Shown piece after piece: positions 18,939 through 29,261 of a DNA stretch of 64,000 nucleotides. The stretch's first letter is position 1. Each line of letters begins with the position of its first letter. The translations under genes and the position numbers were made by a program. The stretch is taken from IMG/VR virus record IMGVR_UViG_3300045391_005020, one strand, 5' to 3'. Below the pieces are notes generated by a model. It made no database searches, was not told the DNA's origin, and worked only from the letters and a program-made list of their open reading frames with translations. The DNA comes from a virus (Duplodnaviria; Caudoviricetes).

Positions 18939-20807
18939 TTACGCCGAGGCGCCGACGATGGTCGGGTCGATGTAACAGTAGGCGTTCAGGGTGTACTTGT
19001 TGAACCCGATTCGGCACTGGACGTTCTCGGCCCGGAGCAGATCGAACACGACTTCCATGCGGCGGACCGTCAGGCCCGTGTCGTTGTTCCAGGTGCTGGA
19101 ATCCGAGACGATGTTGCCGTTCGAACGCGCCGTAATGGTCTTGGTCGCGGTGCCCGAAGCGGCGGCCGGGATCTCGATCTCGAGGCAGAGCTCGTTCGGG
19201 TTGAACTCTCCGTAGATCTTGTACGCGAAGTACATGGTAACGCGCTTGCGGCCGGTTGATGCGAACACAACGGGGATGCCGTTGAACGGGCGCGGCGCGC
19301 AGTACAGGAACGGGCCCGTGGTGTTCGCGACCTTTCCTTCTGCCTTGATCGAGTATGTGACCGCGGAACCGGTCCGGTACGCAGTCGAGATAGACATCTT
19401 GTTCGACAGGTTCTCGGCTCGCCACTGACCCGAGACCCCATTTTCGTTTCGGGCGTAGTACGTCGCGTACTCAGTCGAGCCGACGAAACTCAAGGTCGGG
19501 ATGATGTTGCAGTTGTCGATGAAGAAGCGCGCGTTGTTCGAAAGATCGATCGTGGTTGGACCGCTGTAGGTTCCGGACCCGACGTAGACGATCCCGTTGG
19601 CCGAGACTTCCGCGATCTTCGTACCTTTCGTGAGTGCGTGGGTCGGGACATAGATCTGTTCGTCGAACGTCAAGGTTCCCGAGTTGATCGTGTTGTTGTC
19701 CCACATTTCCACGACGTCGTACGACGCCGCAGTAGTTAAGAGACCGTCCCACGTGATGGTGCAGTCCTTGACGATGAAGTTGACACCGGCGAACAGGACC
19801 GGAACGGTGGCTGACGTGCTGGTCGTCGACTGCGTGATTGTGCAGGATCTGAAGATCAACCTCGTCGTGGTATTGCCCGAGAATAAGTGACCGGTGCCAG
19901 TGGTACCTGATGCTGTCAGCGTGAACGAACAGTTGATGAACGTCGTCAGGGTAGACGTAAAGGTAAAGACCGTTACGTTGCTATTCACTGGCGAATCAAG
20001 GGTGAAGGTGCAGTTTCGCCAGGTCGTGTTGGTCAGGGTCGAACACGTGAACAGAGTCGTATAAGTAGTCAGGTTCGCGTATTTGATCTGAAACGTGCAG
20101 TTGTCGATCAACCAGTCCGTCGACGTGGTGCCGGGTCCCAAGATCGCGTTACTGGAATTGTCCCACACCCTGATATCGGTGTTAACAAGAGTGAAGTTGT
20201 CGGTCGACGCCGAGGTCAAGATCGCTGAGTTGCCCGGTGCATGGATGATGCAGTCAGCCACAGTCGGACTGTTGGTTCCCACCTGGAGTGGAACTCGGTT
20301 GAGGTTCGCCGGCAGAGCGTCCGTGTAATCCGTCGCCTTGATGCGCAGGAAACATTTGCGGATCGTGGGGCGCGTTCCGGTTGCCTGGATAGTTCCTGAC
20401 GTGTTGGCGCCAGCAGTTGTGGTTGTCCGGATCTCGGCGCGTTCCAGAATGAAATCAGTTCCGGTGAAGATTGCGCCGGTGGTGTTGCTCGACATCAAGA
20501 GTGTCGCGTAGTCGGCCGAATCAGCGCCCCACGCGGTCATGACTTCCGCCGGGACAACATCAGCCATCATGTCGACTGACTTTGGGCAGCCCATCACGAT
20601 CACGTAGTTGTTGGCGTTCGAACCTACGGTCCACGACAGTTCGGAAGTAGAGCGGCGTACGATGTACGCCGTGTTGGCCGCCATGGCTGCAACGGTCGGC
20701 ATAGTGGTACGGGCGTTCGTCGGAGTAGAGCCGTCGCCAGTGCCGGTCGCGGTCGGGTCGACGTAGACCGCCGTGTAGGTCTGAAACTGGTAGGTGAACG
20801 TAGTCAT
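18939..20807 (-). CDS. Beta-helix (pectin-lyase-like) tail/adhesin protein
   Basis: Thr-rich 622 aa with periodic NCTF/DCTI beta-helix repeats. Confidence 0.6.
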   Translation of the reverse strand: MTTFTYQFQTYTAVYVDPTATGTGDGSTPTNARTTMPTVAAMAANTAYIVRRSTSELSWTVGSNANNYVIVMGCPKSVDMMADVVPAEVMTAWGADSADYATLLMSSNTTGAIFTGTDFILERAEIRTTTTAGANTSGTIQATGTRPTIRKCFLRIKATDYTDALPANLNRVPLQVGTNSPTVADCIIHAPGNSAILTSASTDNFTLVNTDIRVWDNSSNAILGPGTTSTDWLIDNCTFQIKYANLTTYTTLFTCSTLTNTTWRNCTFTLDSPVNSNVTVFTFTSTLTTFINCSFTLTASGTTGTGHLFSGNTTTRLIFRSCTITQSTTSTSATVPVLFAGVNFIVKDCTITWDGLLTTAASYDVVEMWDNNTINSGTLTFDEQIYVPTHALTKGTKIAEVSANGIVYVGSGTYSGPTTIDLSNNARFFIDNCNIIPTLSFVGSTEYATYYARNENGVSGQWRAENLSNKMSISTAYRTGSAVTYSIKAEGKVANTTGPFLYCAPRPFNGIPVVFASTGRKRVTMYFAYKIYGEFNPNELCLEIEIPAAASGTATKTITARSNGNIVSDSSTWNNDTGLTVRRMEVVFDLLRAENVQCRIGFNKYTLNAYCYIDPTIVGASA

Positions 20808-20810
20808 CGG

Positions 20811-21071
20811 TTAGGCTCCGGGATAGCGCGAGAGCGGTTGGGAATTGAAAGGGGTCGCAGTGGCGAGTCGGGAAACCGGAAGCGTCCCGATCGGGCCCAG
20901 CGGGGTGTCGAAGTTGCCGTACCCGAACCCGCCGCCTGGCGTCTGGCTGGGCGACGGTGCAATGGTCGGATAACCGATGATCTGGCTGTCTGGAAAGCTT
21001 GAGCCGCCACCAGTCGTTGTGGTGGTGGTGTTTCCGTTCAGTGGTCCGGTGACGCGACGATTACGAAGCAT
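20811..21071 (-). CDS. Small tail-associated protein
   Basis: 86 aa, translationally coupled within the tail operon. Confidence 0.5.
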   Translation of the reverse strand: MLRNRRVTGPLNGNTTTTTTGGGSSFPDSQIIGYPTIAPSPSQTPGGGFGYGNFDTPLGPIGTLPVSRLATATPFNSQPLSRYPGA

Positions 21072-21406
21072 TAGCCAAGCCTGTTCACGTGGCCGCCGAC
21101 GTTGACGCCCGAGCTGGACGCATACGCGGCAATGACGCGCGAGTTCGTGATGGTCTTGCCGCCAACCACCAGGTAGTCGCCGGACTTCGCTGGAAGAGAA
21201 ACCACGATGCGATCGCTGGCAGCGGTGCCGCCGAATTCGATCGTGAGATCGACCGCAACCACGTTGGGGTTACAGGCCCACAGCCAAATCTCTTCTTTGA
21301 GGGTCGCGTGCGCGGTATGGATCGCGTTACCAGGCGAGGTCGTGTTGGTGATGGCGATCTGGGCCCCATTGGCGCCGTTGGACAGAAATTCTCTCGTGAC
21401 TGCCAT
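21071..21406 (-). CDS. Small beta-sandwich virion protein
   Basis: 111 aa beta-rich ORF directly after the tail fibre gene. Confidence 0.55.
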   Translation of the reverse strand: MAVTREFLSNGANGAQIAITNTTSPGNAIHTAHATLKEEIWLWACNPNVVAVDLTIEFGGTAASDRIVVSLPAKSGDYLVVGGKTITNSRVIAAYASSSGVNVGGHVNRLG

Positions 21407-21415
21407 AGATACCCC

Positions 21416-23761
21416 TTATCCGCAAAACACTTGAATGGAGAGCAACAGCCCGAGGTCGGATCCGAGTTCGCTCGGGACGACGTCGACATCGACTTCGTTG
21501 TTGGCATTGTCGAGCGTCACCGTGACCTTGTTCGAACCCGCGTTGATATTGCGGAATTCCAGGTCGTAGACGTTCTTCTGCTTGAAGAGCCCGACTCCAC
21601 CCACGCCCACATTCGAAGCCGTGTTGGCTTCGCCGCCGGCTGCGCCTGGTGCAGTGGTCCAGGTACCATTGGCGTTCAGGAACTTGTTCGCCGCGGCGTC
21701 GCCCGCCGCTGGAGCCGGAACGTCGCCCTTAACGCCACCCGATCCAGAGTCGCCCACGAAGGTCGACAGATTTGCTTCCGCAACGTCGATATCGATCTCG
21801 TTGTTGCCGGAATCGTTCGTGACTGTGATCTTGCTCGATCCAGCGTTGATACCGCGGAACTCGAGGTTGACCCCGGTCTTCTGTTTGAAGACGCCTACGC
21901 CGGCGGTGTTGACGTTCGATGCGGTGTTGGTTTCGCCGGTATTCGTGTCGGCCTGCTGGTTCGCCGCGGTCGCAGGGTGGGTGTGCCCAACTGTCTGGAC
22001 CAACGTCACGACGACTCGATCGCTGACGAGAGACCAGGTTACGTTGTGGGAGTGAGCTGAAGTCGTCGAGCTGGCCTTCACGACCGGCGTGCCGCTGATG
22101 ACCGTCGCGGCTTCCGCTTCGGTCAGGGACACCGTGTGAGTGTGACCTGCGCCGCCATCGGAAAGGATCACGTACTGCCATTGGCTGACGAGACCCATGT
22201 TGGCTGGCACGACATCGATATCGATTTCGCTGTTGCCGGTGTCGTCCGTAACGGTGACTTTGGACGAGCCCGCGTTGATTTTCTTGAACTCGAGATTGAC
22301 GCCCGTCTTCTGCTTGAACGGACCGACTCCAGCCGTGCCGACGTTCGACGCGGTGTTGACTTCGCCACCACCTGGCGCCGACGAGAATGTCGGTGCCGCA
22401 CTAGCGCCACCGCTGGTCAGCACAGTTCCGGTTGCCCCGAGCGCGAGCTCCTGAACGTTGCCAGAACCGTCGCTGTAGAACAGCTTCCAGTTGTTGGCAG
22501 TCAGGCTCGTGATCGCTCCCGAGAAGGCCGCGGTCACGTTGATGCGATTGTTGAGCGAATCGTCCGTAACGGTGAAGCCGGTACCGAAGTTGATGATCGG
22601 GCGACGGCCGGTCAGAACGGCCGAGCTCAATACGTCGACACCGAGCCACGTGAGGGCCCGGTCAGCGGTCAGGTCGCCACCGCCCGACAGGTAGCCGCTG
22701 GTGCCGATGACACGCGTGTTCGGGACTGCGTTCGAGCCAGTGAGGTCAAGGGCACCCCAGACATTTCCGGTATTGGAAGCGTTGCGCTGCAGAACCTGGT
22801 AGGCCGAGGTCGCGCCAGAAATATCGTCGGGCGTCAGCGCGCGGTAGCTAACCGGCGTGCTTGCACTGGTACCACTGATCAGAGCGTAGCGGGCCGGCAG
22901 GCTGGCGCCGCTGGCTCCGGTGCCGCCGCGTGCGCGAGATAGCAATCCGGTCGTGATCTGGGTCGCATCAAGTTCGAGCTCGTCGTCGCCACCGGCTTCG
23001 TGGGTTTCGGCGTGTTCTGCCGGAGTAAAACCGGAAGGTGCGCCATCGATGTCGCTGAACGGAATCGTGGCCGAGAATGTCGGGGTACCCGACGCCCACT
23101 TCACGTATCCATCGGCCGTGGTGAGGTCCAGCCCGAAGCCGCCGCGCACTGGCGGGATCGTGCCAGTCTGGATGTCGGCCGCGTCGAGGGCGCGCCAGTC
23201 CGGAATGCCCGCCGCGTTCAGGGGAGCGGCCAGAACCATCTTGGCCGCTTGGCTGACGGTCAGCTTCTGGTGTTGGTCGTAGGTGAAGTGGTAGTGGTCG
23301 CCGATGTCGCCGCCCAGGAGGCCCAGCATGGTCTCGTGGTTCACGGCCGCAGACAGGTCCTGCCAGGATCCGCCCAGGTACAGTTGGAAGATCTGGGCAT
23401 CGAGGTTGTAGAGGACCCAGCCTTCGGACGGCGCCTGGGTTTCCCAAGCGGTACCGGACCACTGGTTGATCGAATCGTCGGTCGAGAGGATGTAGCGATC
23501 GCCGGTGCTCGGGCTGCCCGGTAGAGAGCCTACGATCGACAGAACGGCACCCTGCCAACCCATGTCGCCCGCATTCTTCCTGACCCACTCCCGCGTGGTC
23601 AGGTCGGCATCCGCGAGGGGCGCAACTCCTTGCTGGGGCTGGGTAAACGGAGTCGAGCCGTCGGTCCTGACGACCGAGAGCGGGAGAACCTGGGGATCGA
23701 GATCTTGGTTGCCGACCTGTTTGAGATCGGTTCCCTGGAAGGAGACTGGGCGTACCGGCAT
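21416..23761 (-). CDS. Tail fibre protein with DUF2793-like N-terminal region and three internal ~50-aa repeats
   Basis: GDRYI...WSGTAW..PSEGW motif and RGGTG fibre motifs. GE.NTASNV..GVG.FKQK..NLEF..INAGS.K.TVT.D..N.E.D.DV occurs three times. Confidence 0.7.
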   Translation of the reverse strand: MPVRPVSFQGTDLKQVGNQDLDPQVLPLSVVRTDGSTPFTQPQQGVAPLADADLTTREWVRKNAGDMGWQGAVLSIVGSLPGSPSTGDRYILSTDDSINQWSGTAWETQAPSEGWVLYNLDAQIFQLYLGGSWQDLSAAVNHETMLGLLGGDIGDHYHFTYDQHQKLTVSQAAKMVLAAPLNAAGIPDWRALDAADIQTGTIPPVRGGFGLDLTTADGYVKWASGTPTFSATIPFSDIDGAPSGFTPAEHAETHEAGGDDELELDATQITTGLLSRARGGTGASGASLPARYALISGTSASTPVSYRALTPDDISGATSAYQVLQRNASNTGNVWGALDLTGSNAVPNTRVIGTSGYLSGGGDLTADRALTWLGVDVLSSAVLTGRRPIINFGTGFTVTDDSLNNRINVTAAFSGAITSLTANNWKLFYSDGSGNVQELALGATGTVLTSGGASAAPTFSSAPGGGEVNTASNVGTAGVGPFKQKTGVNLEFKKINAGSSKVTVTDDTGNSEIDIDVVPANMGLVSQWQYVILSDGGAGHTHTVSLTEAEAATVISGTPVVKASSTTSAHSHNVTWSLVSDRVVVTLVQTVGHTHPATAANQQADTNTGETNTASNVNTAGVGVFKQKTGVNLEFRGINAGSSKITVTNDSGNNEIDIDVAEANLSTFVGDSGSGGVKGDVPAPAAGDAAANKFLNANGTWTTAPGAAGGEANTASNVGVGGVGLFKQKNVYDLEFRNINAGSNKVTVTLDNANNEVDVDVVPSELGSDLGLLLSIQVFCG

Positions 23762-23823
23762 ACGGAAAAATTACGCCGTAACAACCCGTTTGCCAGCGGA
23801 GTAAGAGCCGTTATGTCTTCAGG

Positions 23824-24219
23824 TTAGCCTTGCGGTGCGTCCGGGTAGGGGCCCATGTCGCCGTAGTCTGGACCGTCATCTTCCGGATCGAACTCGTCCT
23901 CGCGGTACTCGTCATCCTCGATGGTTTCGATCAGGTGACGGATCTGGATTAGACCCATGATCTCGCGGATCTCGCGATCCGGAATGCCCTTCTCGCGGGC
24001 ACCGTGGAGCAGCGCGTTGATCGTGTACGTGAGCGCGTACAGGCAGTCTGCTTCGTCACCGTGGTAGAACTTCCCGATCAGGCACTGGTCAGTTCCGGTG
24101 GTTTCATCCTGGCGGACGATCCCCATCGCGACCGCGATCTCACGCTTCATCAATTCGTCGATCAACTGGTCGGTGTGGACCATCGCCAAGTTGGGCGCAG
24201 GAGGGGGCGTAAGGTCCAC
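23824..24219 (-). CDS. Hypothetical protein, paralog of 50269-50580 and 59465-59788
   Basis: Shares LIDELMKR.IA....RQDETTGT with the paralogs. Confidence 0.6.
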   Translation of the reverse strand: MDLTPPPAPNLAMVHTDQLIDELMKREIAVAMGIVRQDETTGTDQCLIGKFYHGDEADCLYALTYTINALLHGAREKGIPDREIREIMGLIQIRHLIETIEDDEYREDEFDPEDDGPDYGDMGPYPDAPQG

Positions 24220-24221
24220 GG

Positions 24222-25472
24222 TTATTCCACGTACAGCTGGCCCGACATGGTCTTGCCGCGGACCGCATCGATCCAGAAGCAGGCCTGGCGGGGAGGTTCG
24301 TACGCGGCGCCGATGTTGAGCGCGAACGCGTTGTAGCCGATCAACGAGCCGTTCGAGATGAAGTTGCCGCCGTCGATCAGCTGGTGGAAGTGACCGAACA
24401 CGTCGAGCTCAGCCGGCTTCGCCGAACCGGAGTTCCAGTTCGCGATCTTCTTGCGGACTGGGATCGTGATTCCGCCAACACCCCCGCCGTACCCGATCGC
24501 GTCACCGTGATGGAAACGCACGCGATGGCCGAACAAGTCGACGTTGACGTGGTAGCCCTCGGCGATGTGCCAATCGAGACGCTTCTCGGATTTCCACTCC
24601 TTCTGCATCGTACGATACAGGAGGTATTCGAAGCTGTTGTCAGCTCCGGTGTGGATTCGCGACTTCGGGGTGGTGCGGCCGTGATTGCCGTAACTGCACG
24701 GCAAAATCAGCTTTTTCAGGTTTCCGTTCTTGAGAATGTATTCGATACCGGCGCCCAGCAGTTCCTGACCGAACAGGACTGCCTTGGACGGCGACATGTG
24801 ATTCGACTCCATCAACTCTTCGTGGATGTAGCCAGTAATGATGTCGCCCAGGATCGCCAACACCGCGGTGTCGCACTTCCCGACGTGCCGCCACGCGTCG
24901 AGCATGAACACGTAGCTTTGGAAGAACTTCTTGGCGCGGGCTTCCGCGATCTCGGGGTTGTACTCGTTCTCGTAGCCCGGAACTGACTCCGGTGTGACGT
25001 CTTCTTCGATGTGCCAGTCGGAGGCGACGCCGCAGAAGATACCCTGTCCGTCCGAGTCGTTGTAGGATGGGATCGAGAGGCGGCGCCGGGCACCCTGGCC
25101 TTCCTCGATGTCGAGCATGAGGTTCAGGCGATCCCTGAGTTCCTCGTTCTCCTTCTCGGACTCCTTGAGCTTGAGAGCCGCGTCCTTCTTCTCAGTTTCG
25201 ACGGCCCGCACTTTTCGGTCCGCGGCCAACAGTTCAGCCGGAGCGATTTCACGCTTTACGATCTGGACCTTGGTCTTCTTCGATTCGGCCTTCGCGCGGG
25301 CCTTGGTGGAGGACTTGCTCGGGGTCAGCCCATAGACGTTGATGGCGCGGTCGTGACGGTCTGCCAACGTACGACGCGGGATTCCAAGCTCCCGCGCAGC
25401 GAGCGTTACCGAACCAGTCTTTTCAACGTAATCGAGGGCTTCCTGGCAAATGGACTTGTCGTCTTTTGTCAT
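24222..25472 (-). CDS. HTH + coiled coil + calcineurin-like metallophosphoesterase
   Basis: N-terminal AARELGIPRRTL HTH. SDWH, GD, GNHG, HGD and GHFH metal-binding motifs. Confidence 0.8.
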   Translation of the reverse strand: MTKDDKSICQEALDYVEKTGSVTLAARELGIPRRTLADRHDRAINVYGLTPSKSSTKARAKAESKKTKVQIVKREIAPAELLAADRKVRAVETEKKDAALKLKESEKENEELRDRLNLMLDIEEGQGARRRLSIPSYNDSDGQGIFCGVASDWHIEEDVTPESVPGYENEYNPEIAEARAKKFFQSYVFMLDAWRHVGKCDTAVLAILGDIITGYIHEELMESNHMSPSKAVLFGQELLGAGIEYILKNGNLKKLILPCSYGNHGRTTPKSRIHTGADNSFEYLLYRTMQKEWKSEKRLDWHIAEGYHVNVDLFGHRVRFHHGDAIGYGGGVGGITIPVRKKIANWNSGSAKPAELDVFGHFHQLIDGGNFISNGSLIGYNAFALNIGAAYEPPRQACFWIDAVRGKTMSGQLYVE

Positions 25473-25573
25473 GCAGACAGGACTGTAACAAATCCATTGT
25501 TACGATCCAGTCAAATCTATTGTCTTGATTTAACCACGGGAAAACATACCCTCCCGGGATCAAACGGAGCACT

Positions 25574-26239
25574 ATGCAATACCCTATTATTGGCTGTCTC
25601 GGCCGCGCCAGGGCCGGGAAAGGCACCCTCGCGAGCATCATCACCGACTGGGCGCGTCAAAATGGCTGCCCCAGCCAAATCATCAGTTTCGCCGACCCCA
25701 TCAAGGATTTCCTGACCACCATGGTCGGCGACTCCAGGCCCTTCCGAGGGAACGACCAGGAACGCAATTCCCCGCTGACCGCTTTCCCCTGGCGCTCCTT
25801 TCAGGAGCCGATCTTGGCCGCCGCTCGTCGGATCGGGATCCCGGAAGAGGTCATCGAAAGCGGCGCTCCGACGGGCCGTCAGCTCATGCAGGTCTTCGGG
25901 ACCGACATCATGCGCAATCAGTTCTACGACCGGATCTGGATCCAGATCGCCGCCAACCGGGCCAAGCAATTTGCTGGTATCACCATCGTGGACGACGTCC
26001 GGTTTCCCAACGAGGCCTTACCGCCCAGCGCAGGCGGATTCTTTACCAACGTCTACAAGCTGACCCGGGCCTCGGTTCCCAAGCTCGACCACGCGTCCGA
26101 GACCGCAGTTGATCTGGTGCCAGCTGAGCACATCGCCCATACATTCGCGAACGACTACACGATCGCGCACATGGCCGAAGATGCTCAGACGCTGTTGAAT
26201 CGGACGTTCTATCCGATCTGCCAACGCGCGGCCGGCTGA
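25574..26239 (+). CDS. Deoxynucleoside monophosphate kinase
   Basis: P-loop GRARAGKGT plus FADPIK, RQLMQVFGTD, DDVRFPNE and HASE, typical of phage dNMP kinases. Confidence 0.85.
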   Translation: MQYPIIGCLGRARAGKGTLASIITDWARQNGCPSQIISFADPIKDFLTTMVGDSRPFRGNDQERNSPLTAFPWRSFQEPILAAARRIGIPEEVIESGAPTGRQLMQVFGTDIMRNQFYDRIWIQIAANRAKQFAGITIVDDVRFPNEALPPSAGGFFTNVYKLTRASVPKLDHASETAVDLVPAEHIAHTFANDYTIAHMAEDAQTLLNRTFYPICQRAAG

Positions 26240-26256
26240 TCAGGTCCCTACGTAGG

Positions 26257-26300
26257 TAAAACAGAAGAGCCCGGGGAAATCCCCGGGCTCTTCTGTTTTA
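26257..26300. terminator. Bidirectional intrinsic terminator
   Basis: Perfect 20-bp inverted repeat taaaacagaagagcccgggg-aaat-ccccgggctcttctgtttta between convergent genes. Confidence 0.85.
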
Positions 26301-26552
26301 TTCGAGCGCTACCTGCCGGTATTTTCCGGCCTGAACCGTCGCAAGATCCACGGTAGCGATCCGTGCCTTGCCGTCGACGCTGCTTCGCATGCCAGTGCGC
26401 GCTGTGACGATTGGCGGCATAAGCGCCGCCCAGGGTACGCCATCAAACCAAAATTTCTCGGAGCGGCCGTCCTGGTTCGATACCTGGATGCCGCTAAACG
26501 GCACGCCGTCGAACCAGAATTTCTCACTGCCGTTGGGGTCTTGGTAGCTCAT
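26298..26552 (-). CDS. Small tail-associated protein with duplicated SEKFWFDGVP motif
   Basis: ATG overlaps the upstream stop (TGATG). Internal 10-aa repeat. Confidence 0.6.
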   Translation of the reverse strand: MSYQDPNGSEKFWFDGVPFSGIQVSNQDGRSEKFWFDGVPWAALMPPIVTARTGMRSSVDGKARIATVDLATVQAGKYRQVALE

Positions 26553-28975
26553 CAGGGGCCCCAGTCGTCGACGTTGATCCATCCGGTGGTGCCGTCGCAG
26601 TCGACCATGAACTCGAGGACACCGTGATCAGTGACCGACGGCGATGTTCCCGTAAGGATCACGAAGGCACCGTTTGCCGCGTTCGTTGCGGTCGCCAGCA
26701 CCACATCTGAGTTGATCCCGAGCGCCGCATTGGCTTTCAGGATCAGACGCGGCTGGTTGCCGTTATACGCCGTACCGTCGCCCACAACGGACTTGCGGAC
26801 CTTGACCGAGACCGAGGCTGTACCGCCGCTCGAGACAGCCATCTGTTTAGCGCGGGGATACGCGTACTTGTTCGACGCATTATTCGGCGTCATCCGAGCA
26901 GACGGCGAGGCCGTCGCGAAGATTGAGGTATCGATCGTCATGGTGCCGTATTTCGACCATGACCGGTGGTTGTTCACCGTCGCATCGTGTTTCTGTGAGG
27001 TGATGGTCGATAGCGGAGACAGGAGAGCCTGACCGCTGATCTCCGTGGTCGAACTGAATCGGCAATTGCGGAACCTCGCGTCCACTACCGCGAGAGTGCC
27101 TGATCCGTCATCAGCTATTTGCAGGTCAGCCGTAGCGTGAGTCTGACTAACGCCCATGTTCACCATGTCGAATACGACGTTGACCAAGCAGCTGCGTGAA
27201 CGGATGCTGATGCCAACGGGCTGCAACACCGTTACGCCCGCATCAATGGCGATGTTTTTGAATGAGCAATTCGCCACGGTGGCGTTGGTAAAGGCGATAC
27301 CCGCTGTGCTGTTTCCGAACAGCGTAGCTCCGTTTATGGTGATATTGTGGAATTGCGCATTAGGCGCAGACCCGCTGCCATTGAACGCGATTTGACCACT
27401 CGATCCCCGCCATCCCGTGAAGTTCGTGATGGTGAAATTCGAGATACTGGGGGTGCTGCCGCCAGCCGGAACACCGAGCATGATGCCGCTAGCGCACGAG
27501 TGAGCTAGATTGTTATTGAAGGTAATGCTGGAGCCATCGGACATCGTGAAGTTATAGCCCGAACCGTTGCCGTCACAGATCGAACGATTACCCGTGATGA
27601 CGTGAGCAAAGACGCTGGTAACTTGCATGCAGTGATTGCGGGCCGCTGACACGATGTTGTTAGTGATCGTCGAAGCGAACGAAGTACTAGCCAGAATAGA
27701 ACCGTTGTGATTGGTTCCGCTCGCCTCACTCATGACAGCGCATCCGGTCACTGTCGAGAATTGAGCGACTTCATTGGTCATGTTGCCCGTCGAGTCGGTG
27801 TCGTGGAACACGCAACCGCTCATCGAGCTTCCGCTCAATCCGGACATCCCGCCGCAGAAGTAGAACTCGGTGTTGTTCAACGAATAGTTTCGGTTGTTCC
27901 CAATCGAAAACGCGATCGCAGCCGACGTACCGTGGATCTTCACATTACGCTGGAGATTGACGACCTCGCAACGTGTCGGCGCAGTTCCCGAGTGGGCGAA
28001 AGTAAGGCCCGCCGTGATCGTTGCCGTCGTGGTCGTCACGTCGGCAGATAAGACTTTCTTCTCGAAACTCGAACCCGTGCTTGGTGCTATGGCGATGGTA
28101 TCGCCACTCTTCCAGCCGGTCGGAACAGAATCGAGGGTAAGAGAAGTCGCACTGGACGCCGCATCAGCCGCCAGCGAGACGTAGAGAGTACGCGCCGCGC
28201 CGTAGGTCGTCAGTGTGCCGCTGCCGCCGTCAAAACCGAAGTCCTGCGACGAGGCATTAACGAACCACAGCTCTGCCGTTGAAGTTGATGGAATAGGATT
28301 GGCGAGGTTGCCCATGCGCAACTCACCGCCGTAGAAGCCGAAATTAGCGTTCGTCTTGAACAGGTACGCTGTCGATGCCGCAATGCCGTAATTAAGCAAT
28401 CCGCCATATCCAACCATACTGCGGCCCCATACCGTCGAGGCCGTGTTATCCATCGTAACCGTGAAACTGGTCAACGTATTCGTGTTGTCGAGTTCACCCA
28501 CCGTGAACAAGCTGTCGCCGGAAGCGGCGGTAGCTACATCTGAAGAGTTAAGACGAATCAGTTTGAAGAACTCACTGCCGCCGCTGGTGTGGAAGGTCGA
28601 GTTACCACTAGACGAAGCGCGTACGCGAATCGTCATCGTTGCAAGACCGGTCGAGGTGTACGGTGACGCCCACTTGAAGAAGATCAGCGAAGAGGCAATC
28701 GGCAACGAGGTCGCATTTACGGTAGTCGTAGCAACGACCGATGTGCCATTAAACAATTCAATGGTGATCGTGCCAGTCGTCGATGACTGACGAGCGACCA
28801 TAAGCACGCCGTCAGTGACCTTACCATTCGTGATCGTGAAAGCGGAGGACGATTGGTTGCTCGTCGTGATACTCGTCGAGGAGTTCAGATTCGTCTGCGC
28901 CCCGCCCGTGTCGGCCAAACGCCAACCATTCGTGTCGGTGAAATTAAAGTTTCCGGCTGAAATTAGATTGGCCAT
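26552..28975 (-). CDS. Beta-helix tail spike/adhesin
   Basis: 807 aa, Ser/Thr/Gly/Asn-rich, with beta-helix repeats and a C-terminal beta-sandwich. Confidence 0.6.
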   Translation of the reverse strand: MANLISAGNFNFTDTNGWRLADTGGAQTNLNSSTSITTSNQSSSAFTITNGKVTDGVLMVARQSSTTGTITIELFNGTSVVATTTVNATSLPIASSLIFFKWASPYTSTGLATMTIRVRASSSGNSTFHTSGGSEFFKLIRLNSSDVATAASGDSLFTVGELDNTNTLTSFTVTMDNTASTVWGRSMVGYGGLLNYGIAASTAYLFKTNANFGFYGGELRMGNLANPIPSTSTAELWFVNASSQDFGFDGGSGTLTTYGAARTLYVSLAADAASSATSLTLDSVPTGWKSGDTIAIAPSTGSSFEKKVLSADVTTTTATITAGLTFAHSGTAPTRCEVVNLQRNVKIHGTSAAIAFSIGNNRNYSLNNTEFYFCGGMSGLSGSSMSGCVFHDTDSTGNMTNEVAQFSTVTGCAVMSEASGTNHNGSILASTSFASTITNNIVSAARNHCMQVTSVFAHVITGNRSICDGNGSGYNFTMSDGSSITFNNNLAHSCASGIMLGVPAGGSTPSISNFTITNFTGWRGSSGQIAFNGSGSAPNAQFHNITINGATLFGNSTAGIAFTNATVANCSFKNIAIDAGVTVLQPVGISIRSRSCLVNVVFDMVNMGVSQTHATADLQIADDGSGTLAVVDARFRNCRFSSTTEISGQALLSPLSTITSQKHDATVNNHRSWSKYGTMTIDTSIFATASPSARMTPNNASNKYAYPRAKQMAVSSGGTASVSVKVRKSVVGDGTAYNGNQPRLILKANAALGINSDVVLATATNAANGAFVILTGTSPSVTDHGVLEFMVDCDGTTGWINVDDWGP

Positions 28976-28978
28976 TGG

Positions 28979-29182
28979 TTATTCCTCTTCCTCGGCCGGT
29001 GCGTCCAATTCCGCAGCTACCGCAGCAGCCACGTCGTCGAGAAAGGCCTGATCAACCGTGAACTTGTCGTACTCGAAATTGAACGAGCGCCGCTCGGTGC
29101 GGTCGCCGTCCGTCATGATGAGGTCGATGTCGAGCGAGTAGCCGAGATCCCGCTCATTCACCCATTCCGCATTCCAAGTCAT
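28979..29182 (-). CDS. Small acidic hypothetical protein
   Basis: 67 aa, with tgttataat -10 element upstream. Confidence 0.55.
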   Translation of the reverse strand: MTWNAEWVNERDLGYSLDIDLIMTDGDRTERRSFNFEYDKFTVDQAFLDDVAAAVAAELDAPAEEEE

Positions 29183-29261
29183 TTGTCAGCCTACCAATAC
29201 AGTGAGCCACCATTATAACAGACGGCTTATGGGAATGAAGAATCAGTGCTCTAAGGCCTGG

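Noticed and set aside
21440-22380. Diversity-generating retroelement template/variable repeat pair in the tail fibre repeats
   Set aside because: Differences between the three repeats are not adenine-specific, all copies are in frame, and there is no reverse transcriptase in the window.
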